Notes under the pieces: model-generated
Seen by the model: only the letters and a program-made list of their open reading frames with translations
Database searches by the model: none
What the model was told of the DNA's origin: nothing
Part shown: positions 26,201 through 37,027 of the stretch, piece by piece
Layout: every line of letters begins with the position of its first letter
Numbering within the stretch: the first letter of the stretch is position 1
Translations under genes and position numbers: made by a program
Source: Amoebophrya sp. A120
Taxonomy: Eukaryota > Protista > Dinoflagellata
Direction of reading: 5' to 3'
NCBI GenBank assembly: GCA_905178155.1
Contig: CAJINV010000004.1
Location: 3,691,320 to 3,755,319, forward strand
DNA length: 64,000 bases

Positions 26201-27074
26201 GTAGCAAAAATTGTATTCCCTTTGGTACTCATGCAATGCAGATTTTTTTGGAATCCAAATGCAGCATCACAGGTTGCATTCTTCCAGACCCAGACATTTT
26301 TACATTTGATAAGCGGGGGGAACTGCTGCTCACCAGCCCCAGGCAGTGCAGCTGTTTTACCAGACGCCGGCTTCCTCGGCGGGTTCCAGCAAGGAGACAA
26401 ATGCTTCAACTTCTGGCCATCAGGGAAACAACAGTGCCTCATCCCAATTCACAACTATCTCCGGGGACTTGCTTCGTGAGCAACTGTACAGTGCGATGAG
26501 CAGTTCAACATCTTCTTCGGGTACAACGTCTCAGCGGCACCAGCAGGCCCAGCAGCCTCTACCGTTGAACCTGAACGCTGGTTCTACCGTGAACATCGCC
26601 GGGGCCAAGCCGAGCTCCTTCAGTGCACCCGCGTCGAAGGAAACCACGACGACGACCGGGCCGAATGGGAACTTGATCATAACCACCACTATGCATTGCA
26701 AATATAATGTCTGGATCCGTGGGAACTTGTGATGCAAGTCTGCGAGTGATGGGCGCGCTTGAATATGCAGCCACGCATGACAAATTTTTAAAGCTGCAGC
26801 TTTGTGTTGCGTATTCCCCACGGCAAAGTGCGTTTTTGCATGACAGGCAAGAGGTACTACTCGTGCGCGTGCATCACAGACCTCAGAGTCATGCCATCCA
26901 AGCATGACAAAAAATCTTGCAATCTTCCCGACCCAGACATGTTTGCACTTGATAACCACGACCGTGCGGGAACCGCAGAACCCCTCGGTGTCTTGGAACC
27001 AAATCTTTCAATCCACAGCTCCTTCTGGGGCCGCTGGCGGGGTGGGACCTGCAACAGCGGAGCACCTGGTGTGA
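23283..27074 (+). CDS. Hypothetical protein with a possible Tudor/Agenet-like segment and low-complexity regions
   Basis: ORFs 24275, 25560 and 26346 join in frame after removal of four introners, and ORF 23283 is the likely first exon. FSIGEEVFAMYG...FFRAQISRI is Tudor-like (weak). Confidence 0.65.
24948..25184. mobile_element. Introner, TIR family E (TATGGCGTTCTCAAACGTTACATTCTCA)
   Basis: 36-bp TIRs with 2 mismatches and direct repeat TAGAG. Removal gives LGRR-ANFDELK. Confidence 0.92.
25279..25536. mobile_element. Introner, family A (divergent interior)
   Basis: TATC...GATA ends with direct repeat GGACG. Removal gives ALAWT-LRTLISVREN. Confidence 0.9.
26050..26311. mobile_element. Introner, family A, reverse-orientation near-copy of 21746-22008
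   Basis: TATC...GATA ends with direct repeat AGCGG. Removal gives NYQA-GGTAAHQPQAVQLFYQ. Confidence 0.92.
26690..26954. mobile_element. Introner, family A (degenerate left TIR)
   Basis: TATG...GATA ends with direct repeat ACCAC. The frame stays open after removal until the stop at 27074. Confidence 0.85.
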
Positions 27075-27612
27075 GAGGGCTAGCACGGTGCTACGGAGTT
27101 TGAGATGATAGTGAGAACCTCTACTTCCTTGTAGGACCATTTTTTACAGATTTTACAAACATAAATCAACCTCTGTACTATTGATTCACTTTGCTTATGC
27201 TTCTGAAAATGTACTACAGATGAAAAAATATGAGCAATTTTTTCGTGCACGAGCAGTATGTCTTTATTTCACCGCCTGCCTTTGTGAGAAAGAGATACAT
27301 CACGACTATGCTATATCTAGCCGCTTGCAGCTTGTACTAAAAATTGCATTTGTTGGTCTTTGCTACTACAACATCCCGTGTCGCAGCACAACAACCTCCC
27401 ATGTGTGGATGGCGAGCGTGGTCCTAGCTGTTTTGGCATAGCCAAGCAATCCTGCTTCTCCTGTTCATTTTTGCAATCGAGATCTATCTTGATCTGAACA
27501 TTCTATCTTTTTGCAAATTTGTTCTTGTCTGATAACACGCAGGGACCTCATACTCTTTTGTTTGAATCTTTCATTGCATGATCAACATCGGGAATACAGA
27601 AAAAATCTGAAG

Positions 27613-29595
27613 ATGTCGATGTCTCGAATTGCCCTAAACGTGGAGAAGTGCAAAAAGGCGTGGGACCGGTTTCGGTTTCTGCTCGCACTGATTTTCGCCG
27701 CCCTTTGGGCGTCCATTGGACTCTTTTGCTACGGCTACCTGACGCCCGTCACCGTCCGACTCGCAGCGGGGGGTGGTCGACACGGTAGTAGTCCGAACTA
27801 CGACCATGCTTCGAGTACAACGTCTACGGCCAGAACTTCGCAAGGGCATGCGACCGTACGTGCGGAAGTAGGTGCTTTGTCTGAGCAAACATTTACCCAG
27901 TCGCAGTCTTCAACTTCAGGGTCGTCTAGTACCCGAGGAAGAGGAGCAGGTGCTGGTAGATCTATTGCTTCCCCGCAGCTGGCGGTTCCAGGAGAGTCAG
28001 CCGGCACCAGCTCCATGATCGACAATCGTGTTGCAGTAACATCACCATCAGAAGTACAATCAAATTTTGCCTCCATTCACTATCACCCTTGGCTGTCCCG
28101 GCAAGCTCAGCCGGACCGCAATGCAGACGGGATTTTCGTGATGCTCGGTCCCACGTTTCTACTCGTCAGCTGGTTTTTCGTCAAATTTTGCTATTTCCAG
28201 TACCACGACCTACCGGCACGTGGGGTCCTCATTTCCCTCGTGCTCCTCGGTTTCGTGCTCGTCATCTATTGGACCGCGCTGATCCAAATTCACGTGAACC
28301 TTCGGGTGCATGCGGAGAAATACGGACAAGAGGTCTCAACGGTAATTGCGGAAAGAATAGCGAGCGCGCAGTTGCACTGGCAGCAGGTTGTAGCGCCTGC
28401 TCTGTCGGTGCTTGTTTCTTTTGCGACAAATAGTACTGGTGCCACTGACGGAGCTACTACAGGTGGTGAAGTACTAGTAGATTCTACTGCGTCAACCGAA
28501 CTTGGGCCTTCGTCGGTTGGCGCAATTATATCAACGTCCGCGAGGACGATGGCGACCGCGGCAGACCCAGGACGAGGAGCCCAGCACTCCACGTCCCGTA
28601 CAACTAACGGCGCGCTTTTTGGCATGGGCTTGGACTGTGTCATGATCCCGGAGAGGTGTACTAGCGCCGGCGGGGTAGCTGCCGCATTTGTTCCCTCTAC
28701 TTCTCGGAGCGATTTTCAGGATCGACTACAGGAAGCTTTATCCTGCTGTCGTGCGAGTGGAGAGCACGAAGATCTGGCTTCGGGTACTAGAAGTTCCACT
28801 GCGGATCTTCATGTAGGAACACAACCAGGACAAGAACCCGACAGCGAGAGCCCAGGGGCCGCCGACAGGGCTTTATTGCCAGGATCTTCGGAGATAGAAG
28901 CGGCTGGAGCCTGCGTCACCCCACCGCCAGCCGCTCCGGCTAGAACGAAGTCGCCTGTTTTGGTGCTGCGCAGCCACGAGGAACCACCTAGAACAAGGCA
29001 AAGTAGAAGTAGAACAATGTCTACTAGTAGTACTACAACTTCTGACGTGAGGACCACCTCCAGCAGCATCAGTCAAAATCCTTCACTCCAGAACCAGCAG
29101 CTCCATTGCAAGATCGAAAAGATTCTCTTCTGGTTGCAACTGCTACTTCTACTTTTACTTTTCGTCGCCCTCCCCGTTCTCGCCTACCAGTACGAAAACC
29201 AGGTGGAAAAAATCCTGCAAGAGACGGGGATGACGAGGGAATACTTGAAACTGAACAGCCGGTACAACACGCTTCTCAAGTTTGACGCTTTGGGCCTCCA
29301 GGACGAAGAGGACCGGCCGCGCTGTCCCCAGGCGCTCGCGGACCAGTTTGTGAGCAACGAAATGCGGTACCGGAAGCACGGGCCGGTGTCGAACAAGACC
29401 CGGGCGCGGCCGGACGATTGGAATGGGAATCAAAGACACGTGGACGACCATGAAGTGCGTCGAATCGTGGATTTTTGGAACGAAAGAAGGGAGGAGGAGA
29501 TCATGGACCGGGAAGGGATAGGGGGTTGGGATGAAGAACTTGACGAACTGGAAGATGTGGTAGCTCCAGTTGTGAACAACAAGTTCGATAATTAA
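27613..29595 (+). CDS. Multi-pass membrane protein with S/T-rich loops, single exon
   Basis: About 660-aa uninterrupted ORF with 4-5 hydrophobic helices. Confidence 0.75.
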   Translation: MSMSRIALNVEKCKKAWDRFRFLLALIFAALWASIGLFCYGYLTPVTVRLAAGGGRHGSSPNYDHASSTTSTARTSQGHATVRAEVGALSEQTFTQSQSSTSGSSSTRGRGAGAGRSIASPQLAVPGESAGTSSMIDNRVAVTSPSEVQSNFASIHYHPWLSRQAQPDRNADGIFVMLGPTFLLVSWFFVKFCYFQYHDLPARGVLISLVLLGFVLVIYWTALIQIHVNLRVHAEKYGQEVSTVIAERIASAQLHWQQVVAPALSVLVSFATNSTGATDGATTGGEVLVDSTASTELGPSSVGAIISTSARTMATAADPGRGAQHSTSRTTNGALFGMGLDCVMIPERCTSAGGVAAAFVPSTSRSDFQDRLQEALSCCRASGEHEDLASGTRSSTADLHVGTQPGQEPDSESPGAADRALLPGSSEIEAAGACVTPPPAAPARTKSPVLVLRSHEEPPRTRQSRSRTMSTSSTTTSDVRTTSSSISQNPSLQNQQLHCKIEKILFWLQLLLLLLLFVALPVLAYQYENQVEKILQETGMTREYLKLNSRYNTLLKFDALGLQDEEDRPRCPQALADQFVSNEMRYRKHGPVSNKTRARPDDWNGNQRHVDDHEVRRIVDFWNERREEEIMDREGIGGWDEELDELEDVVAPVVNNKFDN

Positions 29596-30396
29596 ACCCG
29601 AGCCGGTGCCGTGACTGGTTCTTGACACGACCAGGTGTCAAAATCTACTTGTTCCCGTCTGGGATTATTTTTACAGCATTTAAGAAAAAATTCAAATGAA
29701 CGTAGTGAAAATACTAATCTGATCGCTGCCTGTGTGGAGCTCGCCCAGTCTGCCGCTATGACTATCGATGGCACGATGTGTCGGCACACCTAGAACTCAA
29801 ACTTTGTCGCAACGAAATGTACGATCAGCTGTTTAGCAAGAACCTGCTGTACGTGCAGTAGCACACGTCACGAACCTTCAGAAACTTATAGTATTCGCCG
29901 AAACAATAACAACCGATAAAGTTATAAGTCGAAAATAGAAGACCGATGAATTTTGTTCGAAACAGACTCCCTACAACTGGTGTTATTGATCTGCGCGTGA
30001 TTATGAAAACGGATCAACTATACACATATTTTTCCCGAGCAAGGTCACCTCTACTAGTATCGGCACTGAGTTACTTTCCCTCGTCATGCAAAGATTTTAG
30101 TGTTGATCTTAGATCTTTCTCGACCTTGAGCATCTTCTTCTTCACGAACAGCAGCGACCGTTGCCGGCAACATTGAGTAAACATGATAGTTTCACCGCCC
30201 AAATAGTACGTACTTACAGCAGTATATGCGCTTTAAATGTTTTTCCCATTTTAGTTCTGAAGATCCGCTCCCCTCACGACGACCCTCAGTAGCTATAAGT
30301 AGAAAGTTTTCTTTTCGTTTTCCCATTCCCCACCTGGCGATCATACTAGATCACGACCAGTGCTAGCGACAGCAAGTTGATTTTCCTTTCCTCAAA

Positions 30397-33300
30397 ATGG
30401 CCACCAGCGCGGACGCGTTCCTGGCGGACCTGGAGGATTTAGAGGAGGATTTTGGTTTTGACAACCAGCAGCAGTGGAACCAGGACGACTACTATGAGGA
30501 TGACGACAAAAACAAGGAAGAAGAGGACGCCGACAAGGAAAAGGAGAGCGTCCACATTTCGCAACTTCTACAAAAACCGGAATTCCTGCAAACAATCACC
30601 GATGTGAACGTTTCCCGGGACAAATTGCTCAACCCCGACGCCCCGCCCGCAAAACCATTCCGCCCCGTGACCGCACCGCCGCCCGGTGCCGCCGGCATAG
30701 ATCATATGGAGGATGAAGACGAGGTATCAAATGCAAAAATGTCTGGGTCTGGAAACTTGTAATGCTGTGTTGGGAATAGTGAATGCTCTGTAATGCACAG
30801 CCAAGCATGAGAAATATCTGCGCCTCTTTGTGTTGCGTTTCTCGCATGAGAAACTGCGTTTTTGCATGACAGGCAAACGGGTCTCTTCTTGGACACGCAT
30901 CACAAACTTTTTTGTCATGCCAGACAAGCATGACAAATCTTGCAATCATCCAGACCCAGACATTTTTACATTTGATACGAGGACGAGGACATGGACGCCC
31001 CGCTGCCCGAGACGCTTCTCCCCCCGGAGGATGACGATAATCTTGTTCCCGGTAAGAACCAGACCGGCGGGGGCAGTAGCAGCAGTTCGAGCACGGCGCT
31101 AGCCAGCAACCCAGAGTTGGACAAAACGTTCACGGATTCCGATCCGGAGTACCAGTTGGTTTCGAAATGTAACGCACTGGTGAAGGAGATTGACGACGAA
31201 TTGATTCTGCTCTACACCGAGGTGAAATCCATGTTTCAGAACAAGTTTCCGCAGCTAGAAAACATTCTCGTCCATCCGTTGGATTACCTGCAAGTGGTGC
31301 AGCGGGTATGTGAGCACATCAAGCAGGAAGAGATTGCCGATGTGGATTTAGCGAAGATCGATTTCACGGACATACTACCCAACCAACTGATCATGACGAT
31401 GACGATCACGGCGACGCACTCGAAATCAACACCGCTGGAGCCGCATCAGTTGGAGCGGGTATAGAGTTTAGAATAGCTTTCGTTTACTCTTTAGATGGAC
31501 TTCTGCTGCATAAAGGTTTTTCTTGCCTTCAATCAGAATGGTGGGAGAAGATTTATGCCTGTTCCTATTATTTTTTAACTCATTTACATTTTCATCGTGA
31601 GTTTCTGAAATGCAAATGACCCACTGTTCCGTTCAGGCCGCCGTGGGTTGCCAGGAGGCCCTCCTTTTGAAGGACCACCAGTCGAGCATATTGCTGTACC
31701 TGGAGAGCCGGATGAGCATTTTCTGCCCGAACTTGGCCACCCTTTTGTCCGCGAGCCTGGCCGCGAAGGTGGTCACCGCGGCGGGCGGGCTGAAGGCGCT
31801 GAGCCAAATGCCTGCGCAGAACATCATGCTCGTGGGGCAGGTGAAACGCAACATGCTGGGTATGGCCGGCCACAGCAACAACGGAATCCTGTACCAAAGC
31901 GACATTATCATGATGGCCAAGCCAGAACACAAAAATCGGGCGGTCAGGTATATTTTTTTTTCGCCGCGAACGCGATTTATTCTTACAGGGCGCAACGATT
32001 TCTGGCCGTCAACAATTGAAAGGCACAAATCAAAAACCATCAAGTCGAAAAATTCCATCACCATTCAAAGGAAAAATCGAAATCGCATCTTCACAGACTC
32101 GTCGCCGGCAAGACCGCGATCGCGGCCCGGTGCGACTGGCACCGCACGAGCCAGCTGGGCGAGACGGGCGCAATATCGCACGAAAAAACTGTTTCACTGT
32201 CGTGATGATCTTGCAAGATCTGCATCACAAGTTTGTTTACACATGACACAGAAAATTTGCCATGCGGGCTTCCCAAGGGAAAACACGCTGAAAAATCCAA
32301 TGTCTTGCAGGTGTCGCAACACAAATCGTTCTGTGCTCCATTCTCTGCATCACAAGTTCACAGTGAAACAGTTTTTTCTTGCGATACGCAACCCTGCGGG
32401 AGAGCATCCAGAAGGCCATGGCGAAGCACGCGATGCCGCCCCCGGCGAAGCAGAAGAAGGCACTGCCCAAGCCCGACGACGTGTTGTCGAAAAAACGGGG
32501 CGGGAAGCGGCACCGCGCGCTGAAGGAAAAGTACGGGCAGAGCGAGATGGCGAAGCAGATGAACCGCGTCAAATTTGGGGAGCAAGAGGAGGAAATTGAC
32601 CAGGAGCACATGGGCTTCGGGCTGGGCATGATCCAAATCACCTCGACCAAGGGCAAAAACCAAGACTACGTCGGCGGAGGACTCACGACTGGTATTGTAA
32701 TCATGTGTGACAGTAGTTTTTTTCTACGTGAAATGTAGTTGTTCAAGCGGACGACGAAAAGTAAACGTTAACGTTTTCTTTCGTGCTTTCATCCTTGGTG
32801 ATGCTTGCAATTGCATTTCAATGGCTTTCGTTACTAGTGTTCCATGAAACTTCTAAGGAAAGAACACAACCCAAACCAGGCAAAGTTCGGGCCGCGAAGA
32901 TGAAGGACCGGGGAGGTCACGTCCACCCGGCCGGCCGGCCGGCCGGACCGTGACCGGGGGTAGATCATGTCCCGCGGCTGCTATCCGGGCGCGGGCTGCG
33001 CCAGATGTTAGTTTTGCAAGCAGAGCCGCTCCGGCTCCACCCGCAGTGCCTATAATCGAAAGCGTGGCTGGGCCTCAGGCTCCTGCAAAATAGCTAGCGT
33101 TGATGCGGGGGCGGATTTTATTTATGCAGTAGCTACTGTAGCGAGACACCGCTGGCAACCGCTCGAAACACCCTGCCCACCCACCCCACCCCAACCCAAC
33201 CCTCACTCACACGGCTGCGACTCCCCCGCCCCCGTCCGTTTCCCCGACTTTGCTTGCGCGCAAACGGAGAAAAGGGGCTGGGGACAGGAATGCACTGCCA

Positions 33301-34360
33301 CTTCGTGGCGCTGCCACTTGGATCCGCCTGAGCTCGGACGACGCGCCGCATATTGAGACCTGTGGCTCTCAGGCGCAGTGACCTGAACCCTAGCACTGAA
33401 CGACTTTGGCTCAAGGTACAGCGCCACGACCTCCTGGTGCCCCCATGCCCTTTTCACTCTTCGCGCGAAGGGTGAAAAGGGGCCGGGGGTGAGAAGTCAA
33501 GGCGCTGAGCAATGAGCCAAAAATGTCGCGACGCAGACTTCGCGTCTTTGCCACAGTCATAGGTCCGCGTCAATATCATGCAGCACGCCCATGGGCGTCA
33601 GCAGGTCGGATGCGTTGTATATTGAGCCCAGAACGAAGTCGTGGCTCCGAGGTTTAGTGAGCCGCACTCTAGTACCACTGGACGACTTTGGCTCAAGGCA
33701 CAATGCCGCGACTCCATCCTCCCAATCCCTTCTCACCCTTCGTGCGCGCGAGGGGTAAAAAGGGACGGAGGGTAGCAAGTCACGGCGTTGCGCCCTCGAT
33801 GCAGACTTCAGGTCACTGCTACATGTACTCGTTGCAGCAGGTCCATCTCTATGGGCATTCGCTCGCCTTCGGGCGCATTACATATTAAGGCCTGGGGCTC
33901 CAAGGTGCCGCGAGGTGCATTCTGCCACTGCACGCCTTTGGCTCAAGGTGCAGTGCCGTCACCTCCTACCCCCACGAGCGACTGGCCCCAGGATGTGGGT
34001 CGACCAGGGACAACCCCCGGTCACGGTCCGGCCGCCCGGCCGGCCGGGCGGACGTGACCGGCCCGGTCACGTCGAGATTCTATGTTAGCTTATTCTAAGG
34101 AAAGAACACAATCCAAACCAGGCAAAGTTCGGGCCGCGAAGATGAAGGAACAGCAGCGAGCGCAGGCGGCAATGAAGCGACAACGGCTGGCAGCAGGGGC
34201 CGGCGCACGGGAAAGTGGCATGAGCAGTTCCTTGGCGTTCACACCGGTGCAGGGAATCGAGTTAGTGAATCCAAACGTACAAGCCAAGACCATCAACCCC
34301 GCGGACCGCTACTTCGCGCAGTCGGCAAACTTCCAAGCCCTCGACAACGTGAAGAAGTGA
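30397..34360 (+). CDS. PRPF31: U4/U6.U5 tri-snRNP protein Prp31
   Basis: Motifs include ADAFLADLEDL, DPEYQLVSKCNAL, FPQLENILVHPLDY, YLESRMSIFCPNL, RLVAGKTAIAARCD, PPPAKQKKALPKPDD..KKRGGKR..KEKYG..NRVKFG and SGMSSSLAFTPVQGIELVNP. Confidence 0.95.
30725..30977. mobile_element. Introner, family A (close relative of 58355-58590)
   Basis: TATC...GATA ends with direct repeat CGAGG. It can be read as GT-AG (30724-30981). Confidence 0.92.
32174..32386. mobile_element. Introner, family C
   Basis: TATC...GATA ends with direct repeat CGCAA. Removal gives GETGA-TLRESIQK. Confidence 0.93.
32908..34092. mobile_element. GC-rich non-coding fold-back insertion with 47-bp inverted repeats and a 57-bp flanking duplication
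   Basis: Duplication 32851-32907 / 34093-34149 (1 mismatch). Inverted repeats 32915-32961 / 34013-34059. Repeated internal hairpin units. Confidence 0.85.
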
Positions 34361-34779
34361 CTGGCTACTTCTCGCCTGTGCGTGGAGTTGTTCTTTGGTG
34401 CATGGTGGTTGATGACAATATCATTGCGACACCTGAAATACTGAAAGTCAGCGACCATAATGTACTTGAAATAAATGGACCGTCCCGCGTTGGCCGTTGC
34501 CGCGGCGCGAAATAAACCATGGGTATTATGATGACGAAGAAACACAAGAAAGGAACAAGTGAGGACGTAGAGTATAAATGTGAATTTACCGACGTCGGAA
34601 TGAGCATTCACCTGGCTGAAGAAACTCGCTGCAGGTCTTTGAATCAGATTGGCAACTCGTGTGTTCTCGATCACCATTGCGGAAAAGGGTCGAACTTCTG
34701 TGCCAGGAGCGCTGAGCGTCCTTTGTACCGGAAGGGGTATCTAGCAGCGTCCTTTTTACCCGGAGGGGAGTCCGCGCCG

Positions 34780-36620
34780 CCTTCCTATGCGGCGCCGCCC
34801 TCGCGGATGCGGCGCACCTGCCGGCCCAAGACACCGCGCGCGCCCACTCTATTCCGACGGCCCGGGCGGTGTGGCAGGGCGGGGCGTTTCGCTCGCTGGA
34901 AAACATGCAGCAGGCGGTCGCCCGGCACTTCGGCGCGCCGTGTTCCTCGCATGCGCGGGGGGCTGCGCGTTCTGAATGTTACGAGCTAGCGCAGGGCTTT
35001 GGCGTTCGGCTCCGTAACGGCGGCACTTTGGGCGACCGCAGGGACTGGCACCACCAAGATCGCGGCGCCCTTCGCGGATATGTTCCGGCCTTTCTGGGAG
35101 CCGTGTGGTGGCAGCCTTTGCGCCCGACGAGCTGCCGGAGAATCCTGCACGCCGCCGCCACCAGTTCGGGCTAGGCACGGAAGGGCCGCAAGGCTGCGGC
35201 CGGCAGGCTTCGCCGCCGATTGCGACGCCGCTAGGGCGGGCGCGCGTTGTGGCGCAGTTGCGGCCAAAAGGCGCGCCGCGCCTGCGGCGCTGCCCCTTGG
35301 CCTGGGCCTGCGAGGTGGGCAAGGATTCAAGGGGGGCCCCAGGACTCCCGAAGGGCCGCCGGGTGGCGCGATGAGCCAGCCGAATTGGGTTGGGAAATCT
35401 ATCGAGCCCGCCTCGCATGCAGAATCGTATTTGTCCATACCTTTACCGGGAAAACCGAATGGAACGCTGTGCCGCCAGGAGTAAGGATAAGAGGTCCACG
35501 ATGCGCAAAGCTCTCCAACTGCGAGGCGACACAGGCACCCAGGTACGTGATGAAGGCGATCCGGGATGGCGACGATGCAAAAAGAAGTGCCCGATGCCAC
35601 CCGCCGAGATTTTTATTTTTCATTCGTAGCACCGAGCTCGCCGGCCAATGTGGCGCAGTTCATGACTGAGCGGGAAGCAGGGCCGGCGCCGGGGGCGGCG
35701 CCAGAACGAAGGACGACAAAAATATCTGACGGAAAAAGCTGCGCGGGGTTGCGCATGAAGCTAGTAAGCTCTTGGGGCGCGCCGTGCCTGCAGAGCGCGC
35801 GCGGGCGGCGGTGCCTAGGCGCGTGGGCTTTTTGCTCATTGCGTGGGCCGCGCTGCGTCGGCGGCCGGCGGGCCGGAACATGGCCGCGCCCGCCCGCCGA
35901 CCCCATGCCAGAGTGCATCGGGCCTGCCGACCACTTCGAACAGCTGCGACACCTCGCGCCCTGGGAAAACATGCCCGGCCGAGTTTCTCCACGAAGTCAG
36001 TGCCGCGCGCCGCTTTCGGTAGGGCCTTGCCGCCTGCTGTCGTTCGCCGGGCCGCGCCTTCGTGCGGCCGGCAAGTTCCGTTGCTGGGCCGACCGCCCGC
36101 GGCGGCCGGCGGGAGGCCGGGGGCTTCTGTTATTTCGCCCCCCGCCCCGCCACCTTTGTTGCCAAAAGCGGGCGCGAGGCAAAGGCGTAGGCCGGGCGGC
36201 TTGGCATTTTTCTGGCAGGGCTGGCGGGCCTGCCCGGTGCCCGTACGCCTATGGCCCGCGCCCCGCGCTTGGTGGCTAGCTGCAGTGTTGGTTGCAGGCA
36301 GGCTTCGTCGCCTGTGTGGTCAATCATACATACATTGCCAAGCAGGCCGGCGCGCGAGAACAAGTAAGAAGTGGGCTGGATCCTTCGATCATGCGCCGCG
36401 CCGCCAGCTGCGGGCAGCTGGCGCAGCGAGGTCGTCCGGACGGGGTGCACCTGCCTCAAGTGATTTTGAGAAATTCAAGCCGTCTGGCCCCTGGCGAGAT
36501 GAGAATCAAATCGAAGCGCCCGCCGGATCTCTGGCGAACACGAAGCCGCCGAGCGCACAGGAGTGGCATTTTTACGGATCTATTGTTCGAACCAGCGGTG
36601 GGAGTGAGAGTCTAACACCC
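34780..36620. other. GC-rich intergenic island, possibly a decayed mobile element
   Basis: Abrupt GC rise between two genes. Many overlapping R/A/G/P-rich shadow ORFs and no recognisable domain. Ends are not defined. Confidence 0.35.
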
Positions 36621-37027
36621 TGAATTCTTCAGAAGAGCGCAGGGAAGGAGTGGTCCCGAGCGTACTTATATAAAGTAGATGTTGATGGGATAGAGCACAG
36701 CGGAGTTGTTGTTCGTCGAGGGTCCCTTTCAAGGGAGGTTCTTGTTCCGGACTGGCTTTCAGAAATTAAAAGCACACACGTGATCATGTCGGTTGCAGAT
36801 GACGGCGGCGGTGAAGCGCCGAATCATTCTCCGCCCAAGCGACGCCAGGGAATGGAGCTCGTTTTGCTTCGTTGACTCTGATGTCTCTGGAGGTCTAGAA
36901 AATAAAAAGCGACCGCGTTCAGGTTCACAACTTGCGCCGACCACACGTCCTCGGCACACAAGACCTCCCCCTCGGGGCTTCATCGCCGCGCATTAACGAC
37001 CTCACCCCCGGCCGCCCCTGCGTCAGC

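Noticed and set aside
34519-36623. Long R/A/P/G-rich ORFs (up to 283 aa) as genes
   Set aside because: Such ORFs are expected from high GC content. They overlap in all frames and show no domain signal.
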